The notes: generated by a model not told the origin, from the letters alone. Shown: positions 25,373 through 39,271, numbered from the whole stretch's first letter. The stretch is DNA of 63,962 nucleotides, filler included, from Octopus bimaculoides (GCF_001194135.2; 5 parts of 5 records of this genome joined end to end with filler, not necessarily neighbours in it), one strand, 5' to 3'. A program made the numbers and translations.

Positions 25373-27479
25373 GTACGAGTGCGCATCTAAACCTTCAAAT
25401 TACGCAAGTTATTCTTTCCCGTGCACAAATGTATGAAAATGTGTGTAACCGCTATTTAAGCATCATTTTTTTTATACGCCCGATAGAGTCTTCTCTAGAA
25501 ACGTAAATCATTCCCTTTCTAAGAAAGATAGCATTTCACTTTAATATATGCAGTCAACTTTCATTTTATTATTAACAACAAATTATACGGAAAATGAATG
25601 TTTACATTTTATCTAATAGCATCCCTGACCAGAGCCGCGTTCAAAGAAACCGAAACACGAGTGTGTTCTACAATTATGCCTGTATGTTTATATGTATTTT
25701 TGTGTGTGCGTGTGTGTATGTGTGTGTATTCATATTTATATATGTATATATAAAATGCATGTTATATATATATACCTACAGATGTGGCTGTGTGTGTGCT
25801 TGTGTTTGTGTGCCTATTAGCAGTGAATTAATTTTCGCTTTAGATTATTCATCATAGTATGTGGTCGTGACTTCGAAGCTATTCTTCATGAATTAACATT
25901 TCAGATATTGAGAATGTGACATTTAAAAATTTTTTTTATCGAAACACAAATTATTGCAGAAGAAACGATGCCATGATCAAACATATATGCTGTCACGTAG
26001 ATGTTGCTTTGTAAAGAAATATTTGCCCAGCGACCTGAGTTAGAAATTTGAAAATAGTTAAGCACTTTGATAACTTTACGGAACGATAGATAAATGTTAT
26101 TTTTGTTTTCTATCTAAAATATATTGACGGACATAGTTAATGATAGGAACAGTTATGAAGCATCTAGTGGTTTCACATTAGAATAAATGAAGCACTTGAT
26201 ACGAATATACAAATGTAAACAACCATTTCAAGCAAGAATTTCTATTCATTTCTCGTGTTATTTGAAGTGTAATTCCTATTAATATTTGAATGAAATTAAC
26301 TTCAAATAAATTTGATTCAATTTCATTCTTCATTGAATTACTATTTAATTATACATAATGAGTATAATGAAAATATATATAATTAATCATGAAATTGAAT
26401 AAGACTCTAAATCATGATATTAGGAGAGAAAGAAATGTATGCAAATGAGTGTATAATAAGGTATAAAGATTAGTATTGAGACAAATGGAAGTTGATTTCC
26501 ATGTATATGAATATATAAATATACAATGTTAAATTGAAATAAAGGTTCAATGGTTTCGATTGAATAAATCAAGAGAAAATTAAACTTCATTGAAAAAGTG
26601 GTAATAGATCATAGAAATGTATAGAGAGTATAAACTCTTTAAAATATATAGTTATTTACTTTAAATATTCCCACTCTATATAATTGTATATCATAAATTT
26701 GCTTCTGGGTGTGCTTATTTGCGGCAATATATATATACGGATACTTAATTACACTGCATGTGTGCATGTGCTTGCAACTATACATGCGTTTCTGGATGTA
26801 TGTATGTGTGTATGTACGTATATGTGTATGTATTTATGTGTGTTTGTATCTATGTGTGTATATATATCTATGCATATATGTATGCATGTATTTCATTGTT
26901 GCTTATTTATCACACTCAGTGGAGTTCAAACCGGTTACTAACAATGCGACAAAAGTTTTTTTTTTAAGTTGACAGAGTTACCGCGATTTGTAGTTGGGTT
27001 GGTGAGTTTATATGTCTATATCCATGTGTCTCCATTTATGTTCTGTGCAAATAGAATATGTTTCTGCTATGACGTGGGTATACACATCTGGTGTGAAATG
27101 ATGTTACACAAATAAATAGTTGGTTGTGGTTATCTAAAAATAACTTATAGCAAAATATATGTTAACACAGAACGCACTCAGTACTACTCGAACGTAGGTA
27201 TGATACTCAACATTCACTCTTCAACTACTGGCTGCTATACCAAACTAATACGGTAATCCAACACGGTCGAAACTAACACCGTCTACTCATCTCTTTATTA
27301 AGCATTCAGGTTCATACACAGAGGGTCAGCACAAGAACAGACAGAACACCACAGTGGGGACAAAAAACGCAGAACTAACGACTGGAGGATGAATTATAAT
27401 AATGAATGCGAAATGACCACATGCTCCCCACTCGCAAGCAGTATCATTTAAAGGTTTTAGTTTAACGTTTATATATCAT

Positions 27480-28890
27480 TTTTCTTTTTCTTCTTCTTTT
27501 TTTTTTACTTGTTTGCATCTTTTACAGTCATTAGAATTTCAAACAATTTTTTGTCATCATTTTATGTAAGGTATTATGTCCTCATAATCTGTGGCAAGTC
27601 ATCGAGCTCCACGCGTACTCCCGTTGAGTCTATCATATCTCCAAACAATTCTCTCAGTCTCTCACAATTCTCCTTGTCAATGAAGTCCTGTTGTTAGCTT
27701 CACTCTTATTACTGTCTTCATTTTCGTTATGTTCTTTTCAACCTCCGTGCTTTTCGCATATGTTAACATATGCCATTTATTTTTCCGTTCTTGTTTAGTT
27801 AGTTTTTCCTTCAGTCCCACTTGGTCTTCCATGTTGGCTTCCCTTGTTGATGTTGTTGTAATCTCCTGCCGTTTCTCTTTGGCGGTGAGTCCACGCCTTC
27901 CTTCCTTTTTCTCTTTACCACCGTATATTCCTCCTCCACCCTCCCCGAACACTTCTCACTCACTTGGGCGGCCACTTCGTCACTCTGCTCCCGCTCGGCA
28001 CCCTACTGCTTCCTATTTACCACCGTATTTTCCTCCTCCACCTTCTCCGAACACTTCTCACTTACAGGGGTCGTCACTTTCACTCTGTTCCCGCTCGGCA
28101 CCCTGCTGCATCTGTTCCTCTACACCTTTATCGACTTTCTGGGGACACCTTGCTCTTAGGTGTCCCCTTAATCCACACTGGTGACAAATTGGAGGCCTTC
28201 CCTCCACAACTACTCTCAATCTCACATCTTCTGGCAGTACCACCTCCTCCTCTATCTTGTGTCTTGCAAACCGACCTAGATGGCCACTTCAAGGCCGTAT
28301 CCCTAACAATTTACTTCTTTTTCCTTGTTATTTTAAAAACATTTGCGTCGTCCTCCATATTATACATAATTGCTGCCACCAACCAAGCCTCCACGATCTC
28401 TGGGGGTACTCTGCCAATCCTTACCCTGACCACTCGTTTGCCGCAGTAAGTTGGCAGGAGCACTCGCTCTGGTGTCCTTAGCGCCGCAGTGGAGTAGTTT
28501 ATCGCTTCTTGTTCGCTAGCGAACCCCACCTCTATTGTGCCGCATCTCTTCCCTCTGATGTAGAATGCTGTGAGGCCTTTTACCTCCATCAAACACTCTT
28601 CCATGTCTTTCACTGTAGCTATTTCTATTCTTTTTGTTGTCGTGGACAGCATTTTACATACCACAGTCCGCCTCGTTACGCTTGTTGTCAATATTTCCGG
28701 CGGCGTCAACCTCAGACTGGTTCCATCCTTTTCGACAAGTTTGTTGAACTCCTTCAACCTCCTTTGATCTATTTTCACTTCTCGAACCTGTAATACGTTT
28801 GCAGTTAAATCGCCAGCAGTGGCTGAAGCACAGGTGCCGGCTGGAACTGGTTCGCCTCCATCCCTCCTTGCTTCTCTACTTCACCCATAA
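27480..28890 (-). mobile_element. L1/Tx1-like ORF1 (RRM-like region + CCHC knuckle), no ORF2 seen
   Basis: ORF 28311-28778 plus frameshifted LRVVVEGRPPICHQCGLRGHLRARCP (CX2CX4HX4C); in-frame 102-bp tandem duplication 27915-28118; A-rich tract at 27481-27508. Confidence 0.8.
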
Positions 28891-28926
28891 ATGGGGAAGA
28901 AAACAATTATAAATTCACAGCAAAAA

Positions 28927-29350
28927 GCAGCAGGAGTGGCTGTGTGGTAAGTAGCTTGCTTACCAACCACATGGTTCCGGGTTCATTCCCACTGCGTGGC
29001 ACCTTGGGCAAGTGTCTTCTACTATAGCCTCGGACCGACCAAAGCCTTGTGAGTGGATTTGGTAGACGGAAACTGAAAGAAGCCAGTCGTATATATGTAT
29101 ATATATATATATATATGAGTGTGTGTGTGTATGTTTGTATCTGTGTTTGTCCCCCAACATCGCTTGACAACCGATGCTGATGTGTTTACGTGCCCGTAAC
29201 TTAGCGGTTTGGCAAAAGAGACAAATAGAATAAGTACTGGGCTTCCAAAGAATAAGTCCTGGGGTCGATTTGCTCGACTAAAAGGCGGTGCTCCAGCATG
29301 GCCGCAGTAAAATGACTGAAACAAGTAAAAGAGTAAAAGAGTAAAGAGTA
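28927..29350 (+). mobile_element. SINE family A, full length
   Basis: tRNA-like head (tggctgtgtgg...ggttcattcc), CORE-like caccttgggcaagt, internal TA/TG tract, (GAGTAAAA)n tail. Confidence 0.92.
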
Positions 29351-29973
29351 ATTCGACAGTTCAACAATGAGGCCACACAATTAGGTTCACCCCTACGGGA
29401 GACCTTCGAAAAATTATTAACAATGCGACTCTCGTCCAACAGGGATCAAATGTGAATAAACCAGGGAAAAACAAACAGTGTTGACTACCCCCGTTGACAG
29501 TTCACTCAATTCTTATTTATTGTAATTGGTTAGTCCACCTTCAGCCACGTAGGGTGTTCAGGATTCTTCCATAAGTGTTTCTTTACTGCTTATGTGTTTA
29601 TGTATGTGCGTGTTTGTTTTCCATACAACTTACATGTATACGAGGCTACAAATATTCATTAAAACATCTCAGATAAAGAAACTTCAGAACGACTTACAAG
29701 ATTTCATTGAACCAGAAATAGACTAAGTTTGGAGGATGCACACCATTTGTTGGGTTTTTTTTTCTTTCTTTCTTTAAAAATTCCTAGTATTTCTAGGCTT
29801 TAACGCAAATTCAGACATGGAAAGTGTAATGCATTTATGGTGATATGAACAAATTGAAATTTAGATTTAAAATACAAAAGCTTTTATTTCCGCATTTGTT
29901 CCTCATAAAGATTCTCAATTTCCTGAACTGATGACACGTTCACATCAGCTGTGCTCTACGTACACGCATGCAC

Positions 29974-30029
<56 letters not shown>

Positions 30030-30186
30030 NNNNNNNNNNNNNNNNNNNNNNNNNNNNNNNNNNNNNNNNNNNNNNNNNNNNNNNNNNNNNNNNNNNNNNN
30101 NNNNNNNNNNNNNNNNNNNNNNNNNNNNNNNNNNNNNNNNNNNNNNNNNNNNNNNNNNNNNNNNNNNNNNNNNNNNNNNNNNNNNN

Positions 30187-30243
<57 letters not shown>

Positions 30244-31498
30244 ATATATCTCTCTTTCTTTCTCTCTCTCTCTCTTTCTCTCTCTCCCTCTCTTATCTCT
30301 CCTTCTCTCTCCCTCTCTCTCTCTGTCCTTCTATCTTCCTTATCTCGCACTCAGTATAATGTGTCCATTTGAATTTATATCTTATTTATAAACAGCAGCC
30401 AGAAATTATTTTGCAGTTGTCTGCCCTAGTTAATATATGATTGAAACCCACCAACTATTCTTGTAAATAAAAATCCTATACTAATACAAATACTATAGAT
30501 AGCATTTGCATTAAGAGTTTATTGCCATGGGACATAAAATTGGAAAATTGAGCGAGACGACATATTTTACGTTTATCTAATATGAAATAAAAAGTCGAAT
30601 TCATGTCATAAATTTAACCATGTATCTATTTTGGCTAATTAATGATGGCATTTATTATATGAAAGCCATAGTTTAAAACATTTTATGCGCCAAGAAAATC
30701 CATTCTCTCAATGTGTTTCACTTATAAAGGTATATGACTGTTATACTCCGATATGTGATGTAACTCGTGTAACAGTTCTATGATATGATAACCTCATAAC
30801 TGGCTTCAATATTCATTTCTTAATTCTTTTATGGTGATAAGTACAAATGAAATTTTACAGCCAGGTTACGAGGGGTGTAATTTGCGCTTTTGTTCACTAT
30901 AAATGAATACCTTAGAAATTTTCAAAGAGTCACTAATAGACTGAATTTAGTTTATGCACGCCAGGTTCTATTGCTCTTTCTAAAAAAAACCCCTCATATT
31001 TCTGTGTTTTGTGCAAATTCGTTCATGCAATGTATAACTTAGGTATGGTGATAAGCATACAAGATAATTTACAGTCACAATACAAGAGCGGTAACTTCTG
31101 AATATGTTCATTATAAAGGATATATTTTCCGGAATATCTGATGACACATTCGAATCGCTGTATTACATATGCAAAGTTATGTTTATATCTACATAAATAT
31201 GTATTGACACTACCAAAATTGCCATAAACTTTGTCTGACGTATTCATACACGCAGAATTGTCGTTTAATGTTTGTCAGTTTCTCAAGGATTGATAGTTCT
31301 AAAATATTCGATACATAAACTGACATGTGCATCAGATAGTATTTTGATTTCCGTTTAAGAAAGTACCAGAGTGTATGTGTAGGTAACAATGTAATTTAAA
31401 GTACGTGAACGATATTTGAGGATATTTGAATTAACACTATACATCTCTCTTCAAACCAAATTAATTTCTTTTTTTCATTGATTTATCTCTAATTGCAG

Positions 31499-31539
31499 AT
31501 AAAACCCTAAGAGAAAAGATGTGCACTCATTGTTGCGAG
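31499..31539 (+). CDS. Candidate 41-nt exon (DKTLREKMCTHCCE)
   Basis: Acceptor tttttttcattgatttatctctaattgcag and donor GAG|gtgagc both close to consensus; open frame. Confidence 0.35.
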
Positions 31540-33842
31540 GTGAGCATAACACAGTGATTTAGATATTACCAAATTGCTACATGTTATAAGATCTAATGTA
31601 CACAATGTTCGGATAGAATTGAAAGCCTCTAGCGAGAGGGTTTCAGCAGCATTAAACCGCATTAATATCCAATACAATTTGTCAATCCACTAGGGATACA
31701 AATTCAGGTGCTTATCACGATCCAGGTTAGAAGGGAAAATATGGTTGAACGCATTCATTTACAGTAGCTCAGGCAATCGAAATTTTTGTACGAAGTCAGA
31801 AAAGAATTAGCACTTTTCTATAATATAATCCGCGATTATAAATTATATTTTGTTGAAAAAATACAACAGCGTCTTTCCAATCTCAATATTGCTTCTCCTG
31901 TTTTGCGCTTCATACTCAAAGATCGTAATAAAAATCAGGAAACAGGCCTTATATCTGGAAAAATTTTAATAGATATTTAATTTAATACACATTGTGTAAT
32001 ATAGATTGTCACTATATTTAAATATATAAGCCTAAGGATATTAAACTTTCTTTATAGACTCAAATATCGGTGCATTAATGAATACAGAGTAAAAATGATT
32101 TTGTGTAACAAAATTGGCTGCATTTAATGTATTATGAAATAAAGAGAAATATTTATCTGCTTCTTCCTTCAGGACTTGAGCATTCTACATGTTTAGATAT
32201 TTACAGATAATTTCAAGAGTGATTTTAAAGTTCTGCACACTATGTTGATTATTTTCTGGTAAAACTAATTTCGTTTTTATTTGCTATCACCAAACATTTC
32301 GTGATATGCATTATCCCAAGAGATTGAAGTTACACAATATAATATAAATGCTACAAATTATTATTATGAAAGCATATGCAAACACACGCACCTATACATA
32401 TATACACAATCATGCACATATATATATATATATATANNNNNNNNNNNNNNNNNNNNNNNNNNNNNNNNNNNNNNNNNNNNNNNNNNNNNNNNNNNNNNNN
32501 NNNNNNNNNNNNNNNNNNNNNNNNNNNNNNNNNNNNNNNNNNNNNNNNNNNNNNNNNNNNNNNNNNNNNNNNNNNNNNNNNNNNNNNNNNNNNNNNNNNN
32601 NNNNNNNNNNNNNNNNNNNNNNNNNNNNNNNNNNNNNNNNNNNNNNNNNNNNNNNNNNNNNNNNNNNNNNNNNNNNNNNNNNNNNNNNNNNNNNNNNNNN
32701 NNNNNNNNNNNNNNNNNNNNNNNNNNNNNNNNNNNNNNNNNNNNNNNNNNNNNNNNNNNNNNNNNNNNNNNNNNNNNNNNNNNNNNNNNNNNNNNNNNNN
32801 NNNNNNNNNNNNNNNNNNNNNNNNNNNNNNNNNNNNNNNNNNNNNNNNNNNNNNNNNNNNNNNNNNNNNNNNNNNNNNNNNNNNNNNNNNNNNNNNNNNN
32901 NNNNNNNNNNNNNNNNNNNNNNNNNNNNNNNNNNNNNNNNNNNNNNNNNNNNNNNNNNNNNNNNNNNNNNNNNNNNNNNNNNNNNNNNNNNNNNNNNNNN
33001 NNNNNNNNNNNNNNNNNNNNNNNNNNNNNNNNNNNNNNNNNNNNNNNNNNNNNNNNNNNNNNNNNNNNNNNNNNNNNNNNNNNNNNNNNNNNNNNNNNNN
33101 NNNNNNNNNNNNNNNNNNNNNNNNNNNNNNNNNNNNNNNNNNNNNNNNNNNNNNNNNNNNNNNNNNNNNNNNNNNNNNNNNNNNNNNNNNNNNNNNNNNN
33201 NNNNNNNNNNNNNNNNNNNNNNNNNNNNNNNNNNTATATATAATTTATTCATGCCAAGGACCTATAATCCTTTAAGGGATGTTTGCATCCTAGTTCTCCG
33301 GGCTAAACGAGTGTTCAGTGAAAAACTAAATACGTTAGTGTTGCATTTTTGTATATTAGAATTTAAAATGGAGAAATTGACGTATAGACATCAGCTTATT
33401 CAAAGATATTCAAATCAATATAATATGAAATTCGTATCCCTACAGCCGTTTCCATGTCCAGTTAATTCAATAAGAGAAATTAAATTAAATTGATTTAATT
33501 AATTTTTTTTATTGAAACTGGTTATTTGGGTAATTGCTCGGGGTTGAATTTCCAGAAAGGAGATACATTCCAACGTGTTGGTCGACTCTTGACAGACTCA
33601 GATGTGTGGCTTTCGGTAATGCATGTATTTAAAAAAAAACCTTATGAGTGTATAAATATATGCGTTTGTAATACATAATAATAGTTATTGGCGGTAGTTT
33701 TGCAGTTGCAATTATGGTGAAGTAGGTGATACATATATATATTGAGTAATGAGCTTGTCAGTAGCCATTGTTGGGATTTTGCTTTGTCTATTACTTTTGC
33801 GTTCAGCTTTGCTCAATATTTACAATGTAAGGGCTGTATCAC

Positions 33843-33843
<1 letters not shown>

Positions 33844-33905
<62 letters not shown>

Positions 33906-34258
33906 CATTATTATTGTTCAGTAGTTTTATTTTTATAACGTGCTTTCACTTCACTACCGAGCCCAGCTCTGTGCTCCTTGGGTATGTGCTGTGGTGCTCT
34001 TATGTTTACTGTATTGAAAGTGTGTTGCGTAGAATGTGTGCAGTACCCAGTAGTGCAATTTTCTGTATGTTATATATATTTGTAAGTCCTGGTGTTTTTG
34101 TTCTGTATGTGTCTCAATATTTTTTTTTATACCTAAGGCACCTATTATGATAGGAATTGTTTCTGTTTTTAGATTCCACATTCGAGTTATCTCTTTTTCC
34201 AGGTCTTTGTATTTTGAAAGTTTTTCTATTTCTTTTAGAGAAACGTTGTCATCTGCTG
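33844..34258 (-). mobile_element. R4/Dong-like LINE 3' end with (AAT)n tail
   Basis: DNVSLKEIEKLSKYKDLEKEITRMWNLKTETIPIIIGALG...QKIALLGTAHILR, short 3' UTR, then (AAT)n at 33844-33916. Confidence 0.92.
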
Positions 34259-34718
34259 NNNNNNNNNNNNNNNNNNNNNNNNNNNNNNNNNNNNNNNNNN
34301 NNNNNNNNNNNNNNNNNNNNNNNNNNNNNNNNNNNNNNNNNNNNNNNNNNNNNNNNNNNNNNNNNNNNNNNNNNNNNNNNNNNNNNNNNNNNNNNNNNNN
34401 NNNNNNNNNNNNNNNNNNNNNNNNNNNNNNNNNNNNNNNNNNNNNNNNNNNNNNNNNNNNNNNNNNNNNNNNNNNNNNNNNNNNNNNNNNNNNNNNNNNN
34501 NNNNNNNNNNNNNNNNNNNNNNNNNNNNNNNNNNNNNNNNNNNNNNNNNNNNNNNNNNNNNNNNNNNNNNNNNNNNNNNNNNNNNNNNNNNNNNNNNNNN
34601 NNNNNNNNNNNNNNNNNNNNNNNNNNNNNNNNNNNNNNNNNNNNNNNNNNNNNNNNNNNNNNNNNNNNNNNNNNNNNNNNNNNNNNNNNNNNNNNNNNNN
34701 NNNNNNNNNNNNNNNNNN

Positions 34719-34778
<60 letters not shown>

Positions 34779-34845
34779 TACACATTTCTATATATTATCA
34801 TCATCCTTATATTATCTTATATATTATCTTTTCTTGTTGTTGTTC

Positions 34846-34847
<2 letters not shown>

Positions 34848-34915
<68 letters not shown>

Positions 34916-35260
34916 CATCATTACCATTATCATCACTTTGGTTTGGCCTAGGTTCAGTCTTCTTCGTGATAGGAATTATGTGGACAGTGGGTTACTAACA
35001 GTTGCCTTAGGTATCCACACATTTTCAGCAATTTTTCAAGTGCCTAGAAACCTCCTGGTAAACTTTGCTGTCCCTAAGAGATAAACTTTCTGTAGGAGCT
35101 CTACCGGACATTCTCTTTGAATCTTCTTCAGCCATTTGTCTATATTTTTTGCTTACTGTTCCCAACGCATGCCCCAAATTCTTCCAACTACAAATTGTAT
35201 GTGTTTGTATTTTGGGGGCTTTGTTTTGTTTTTCTTCCTCTTTCCTTAACATTCAGGGAT
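34848..35260 (-). mobile_element. Second R4/Dong-like subfamily 3' end with (AAT)n tail
   Basis: Frameshifted LGTVSKNIDKWLKKI..CPVELLQKV.LLGTAKF; 3' UTR runs into (AAT)n at 34848-34915. Confidence 0.7.
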
Positions 35261-35489
35261 CAAATATGTCGATAAGTAAGCACCTTCACTTTTTCTTATG
35301 TATAATCGTTGTATTATCATTACTGTTGTTGTTTGATGGTTGTGATAGTGTTGCTGTTGTTGTTGGTGGTGGTGGTGCTGCTGCTGCTGCTTGTGCTGGT
35401 TCTTGTGCTGGGGCTGGGTCTGGTGGTGATTGATGGCCGTGATAAAGTTATTACAAGCTAATTTAATTAGCATTGATATTATCTTCGGT

Positions 35490-35760
35490 TTTAATCTCTA
35501 GAATTATTCTCTAATTTCAAGAATTTCTCTTAGTTTCCGTACCAAATGCAAGTCCCAATTTCAGTATCTTTCCTTCCTAACAGTTTGGGCGTTTGTGGAA
35601 ACTGCACCACTTCCCACAGAAATACCTGTCACCTTTGTCTCTCACAATGCCTTCATAGCTCGAGCAACCTCATGATATTTCTTGATTTTCTCAATTTTGC
35701 TGGTATCCACACTAAGGTCATTTAATAGTTTATCCATTCCAATACGTACACATTAAACCA
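35490..35760 (-). mobile_element. Old RLE LINE remnant
   Basis: KIEKIKKYHEVARAMKAL*ETKVT...GAVS resembles the K..KY.DLA.E...LW..KV segment of R4-type RLE domains. Confidence 0.5.
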
Positions 35761-36022
35761 CTATAGATAAACCACAACAATGACCGCCGTAACTCGTTTC
35801 AGCACTGCCATTATTGCAGAAAACTTTCCATTTAACATGGGACCCAAGGCGACCTTTTATATAATTATATTAATAACCGATAATTAGCCGCTTAATAAAA
35901 ATATTCTTATATATNNNNNNNNNNNNNNNNNNNNNNNNNNNNNNNNNNNNNNNNNNNNNNNNNNNNNNNNNNNNNNNNNNNNNNNNNNNNNNNNNNNNNN
36001 NNNNNNNNNNNNNNNTATATAT

Positions 36023-36060
<38 letters not shown>

Positions 36061-37262
36061 TGGTTAATGAACAAGTTGCTATACTCACACAACAGTATGC
36101 TTGTATGTTCAACGATGAATAGTTTCCCCTATTGATCAATAAAATGTTTAATGATGATTGCTAGGTAAGTCCTGACCCTCCGCCTTAATGTATTTGTATT
36201 CTGAACACTGAGTTCTGCTATGAAGAACGCACATTCATTATTTACTTTAAACACTAATGATATAGCTATTCTACCATTTTCGGTGTTCCGTGATCGCTAT
36301 TTTTATCGGACACGATCATGTACCGATATCTATATCTATACTAATCACTAAATATGTTGTGTGGAATTGTATTAAAATTCTTACACTCGTGTTGTGGCCT
36401 GTTTTAAAACTGATATCGTGAGGAGCAATATTTTCCGACATCAATCTGTCTTTTTGTTTGTCATCTTTTCTCTTTATCTCTCTTTCTCTCTCTCTCTCTC
36501 GCAATGTATGTATTTGTATCTTCTTATATAAAATAGACCTGTGCGTGAGTGTGTGTGTGTTCGCTTTTCACGTGAAAACGGCTGCGCATCTTTCCATACT
36601 TGGAATGCATGAATAGTTTGACCTCTAATACATAATAGGGTCTTCAGCTTATTTTATTTTTTTTTTTATTAAAGACGAATAATATTGTTTTCTATATATA
36701 ATTCACTTCTTTAAAATAGTTTCTCAATGTCAGCTTCCGTTATTGACGAAAAAACGGCGAAATTTTCCATTTTCATTTGCAAAATCTGTCACTCTATTTT
36801 AATGTTTTTATTTCAAGTTGTTCAATTCGCTATTAGCAAAGAACTACGATAAATTACTGAAAGATATATTTACCAATTTCCCAAATTTAAATATTCGGTA
36901 CAAGATAGTTTTTAACGAGATTTTATTTATATGATAATTTTTTTTATTTCATATTTATTTCATTCATTGTTTGCAATGTTCCCTCTCCCCCTCGTTCTCT
37001 CTCCCTTTCTCACACACACACAAGTCAGTCACACACGCACACGTGTATTTTTGTACGTACATTTGTATACATTTATGTATGTGTGTGTTTGTAAGAGAGA
37101 GATAGTCAGTTAAGTGGTGTATTGTCATGTATACGTACATACATAAATACATATGCATACATCATTTTGTATGTATGTGTGCATGTGTGTGTGTGTGTAT
37201 GACAGAGAAACAGAGAATGTTGTCTAAGTGACATTCACAGTCTCTCTTTCTCTTTCTCTCTG

Positions 37263-37302
<40 letters not shown>

Positions 37303-37309
37303 TCTCGTT

Positions 37310-37580
37310 CACCTGCACAAGCAAAAATGCAGCCAAGTCTGTGATGTCATAATTTGTCCCTCATGCTATGTCTTCTGAAATTAAATCAGTAACATGACGG
37401 TTTGTTTTTAGCGGTCGAGAGCCAAACACTTGCAAATTTTTGTTTCCCATGGCCAAAATTGATCCTCAATTTCAGTCACTGCTTGGTTGAAAATTGTTTC
37501 AGAGAACTGAATATTGATTGCTGGGTTTGCCTAGTAAACACCATTCTTTACGTTCTCAGCCATGTCCTCAGAACAACGCT
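37310..37580 (-). mobile_element. Helitron RepHel internal fragment
   Basis: ANPAINIQFSETIFNQAVTEIEDQ / LAMGNKNLQVFG...TNYDITDLAAF, the linker region before the PIF1-like helicase; frameshift and stops. Confidence 0.7.
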
Positions 37581-37834
37581 GTGCATATGATCAAATTTTG
37601 TGTTTATCATCATTATTATTATTATTATTATTATTATTAATATTTATCATCATCGTCATCACCATCATCACCACCATCACCACCNNNNNNNNNNATCATC
37701 ATCATCATCATCATCATCATGTTCATCATTATCCTCGACATCATCATTATCCTATGAATTTAGAATCGATTTCGCAATTTAAGAAACCATTAAATTTAGA
37801 ATAACAAATTTCTATACATCATATTTTACTGTTT

Positions 37835-37892
37835 TCTTCCAATTTATAAGGCACAATTTGATTCCCGTGCAACGCCGGCTGCCACTACTAGT
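37835..37892 (+). mobile_element. Helitron 3' terminus
   Basis: cccgtgcaacgccggc subterminal hairpin followed by CTAG|T. Confidence 0.65.
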
Positions 37893-38270
37893 ATATATAT
37901 ATATAAAGATGAATTAAATATAGTGATACCGAATTGATAATTCAAGAATTTATTTATATTACAATATTAGATAAAATCATTAAATACTAGGCATATAATA
38001 TATAACATAACATAATATTATATAATATAAACAATTATAAAAACCATAAAACACCAACAAATTATTTCGACTTATATATATTTTTTCAGATATACATAAT
38101 CACAGTTCCATTATATATATATAGCCACTTCAGTGCTTTTTGCTTTAGAAAAATATAAAATTTCGTGTGAAAGTACGACTGAATTGTAAAAATTCATTGA
38201 ATATTTATATGGTATCCAACCGACGTAGCAGTGAATTGGATGTTTTACACACCTCTTTGAAGGATTTCTT

Positions 38271-38450
38271 TTGGCTGTTTTGTAAGTAGCTTGCTTATGA
38301 ACCACATAGTTCCAGGTTCAGTCCCAATGCGTGGCACCTTGGACAAGTGTCTTCTACTATAGCCTCGGGCCGACCAAAGCCTTGTGAGTAGATTTGGTAG
38401 ACGGAAACTGAACGAGGCCCGTCGTATATATGTATGTATATATATATGTA
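38271..38450 (+). mobile_element. SINE family A, head only
   Basis: Matches the first ~170 nt of the copy at 28927. Confidence 0.88.
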
Positions 38451-38454
38451 CCCG

Positions 38455-38740
38455 ATCACCGTTTGTTATCTCCCCCTTTCTTAGCTCTCCTGAAATAAGA
38501 ATTTCTAACTTCCGGTCAGCCATTGTTATGATCGGCCATTATTATGATTGAACGTTGACTGAACACTATTCAATTTTTTTTCTCCGTGTTTTTCTCCTTG
38601 TCTCCGTATTCTTTCTGTTGAAGAGCGTAGCTCGAAACGTCAAAGACTTTCCGTATTCCCGAGCGTCATACTAATATATACTTTTGTTATTTACACCACC
38701 TGTCCTCGTCTGTTGTTATTTTTTGTATATTCTCCCATAT
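38455..38740 (+). mobile_element. Penelope-LTR-like repeat with minimal hammerhead-like motif
   Basis: tctttctg-TTGAAGA-gcgtagctc-GAAACGTC-aaaga at 38610-38646; palindromic ACGT stem III. Confidence 0.55.
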
Positions 38741-39228
38741 NNNNNNNNNNNNNNNNNNNNNNNNNNNNNNNNNNNNNNNNNNNNNNNNNNNNNNNNNNNN
38801 NNNNNNNNNNNNNNNNNNNNNNNNNNNNNNNNNNNNNNNNNNNNNNNNNNNNNNNNNNNNNNNNNNNNNNNNNNNNNNNNNNNNNNNNNNNNNNNNNNNN
38901 NNNNNNNNNNNNNNNNNNNNNNNNNNNNNNNNNNNNNNNNNNNNNNNNNNNNNNNNNNNNNNNNNNNNNNNNNNNNNNNNNNNNNNNNNNNNNNNNNNNN
39001 NNNNNNNNNNNNNNNNNNNNNNNNNNNNNNNNNNNNNNNNNNNNNNNNNNNNNNNNNNNNNNNNNNNNNNNNNNNNNNNNNNNNNNNNNNNNNNNNNNNN
39101 NNNNNNNNNNNNNNNNNNNNNNNNNNNNNNNNNNNNNNNNNNNNNNNNNNNNNNNNNNNNNNNNNNNNNNNNNNNNNNNNNNNNNNNNNNNNNNNNNNNN
39201 NNNNNNNNNNNNNNNNNNNNNNNNNNNN

Positions 39229-39271
<43 letters not shown>

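Noticed and set aside
31786-31980. 64-aa ORF
   Set aside because: No ATG-supported start, AT-rich, no recognisable motif.
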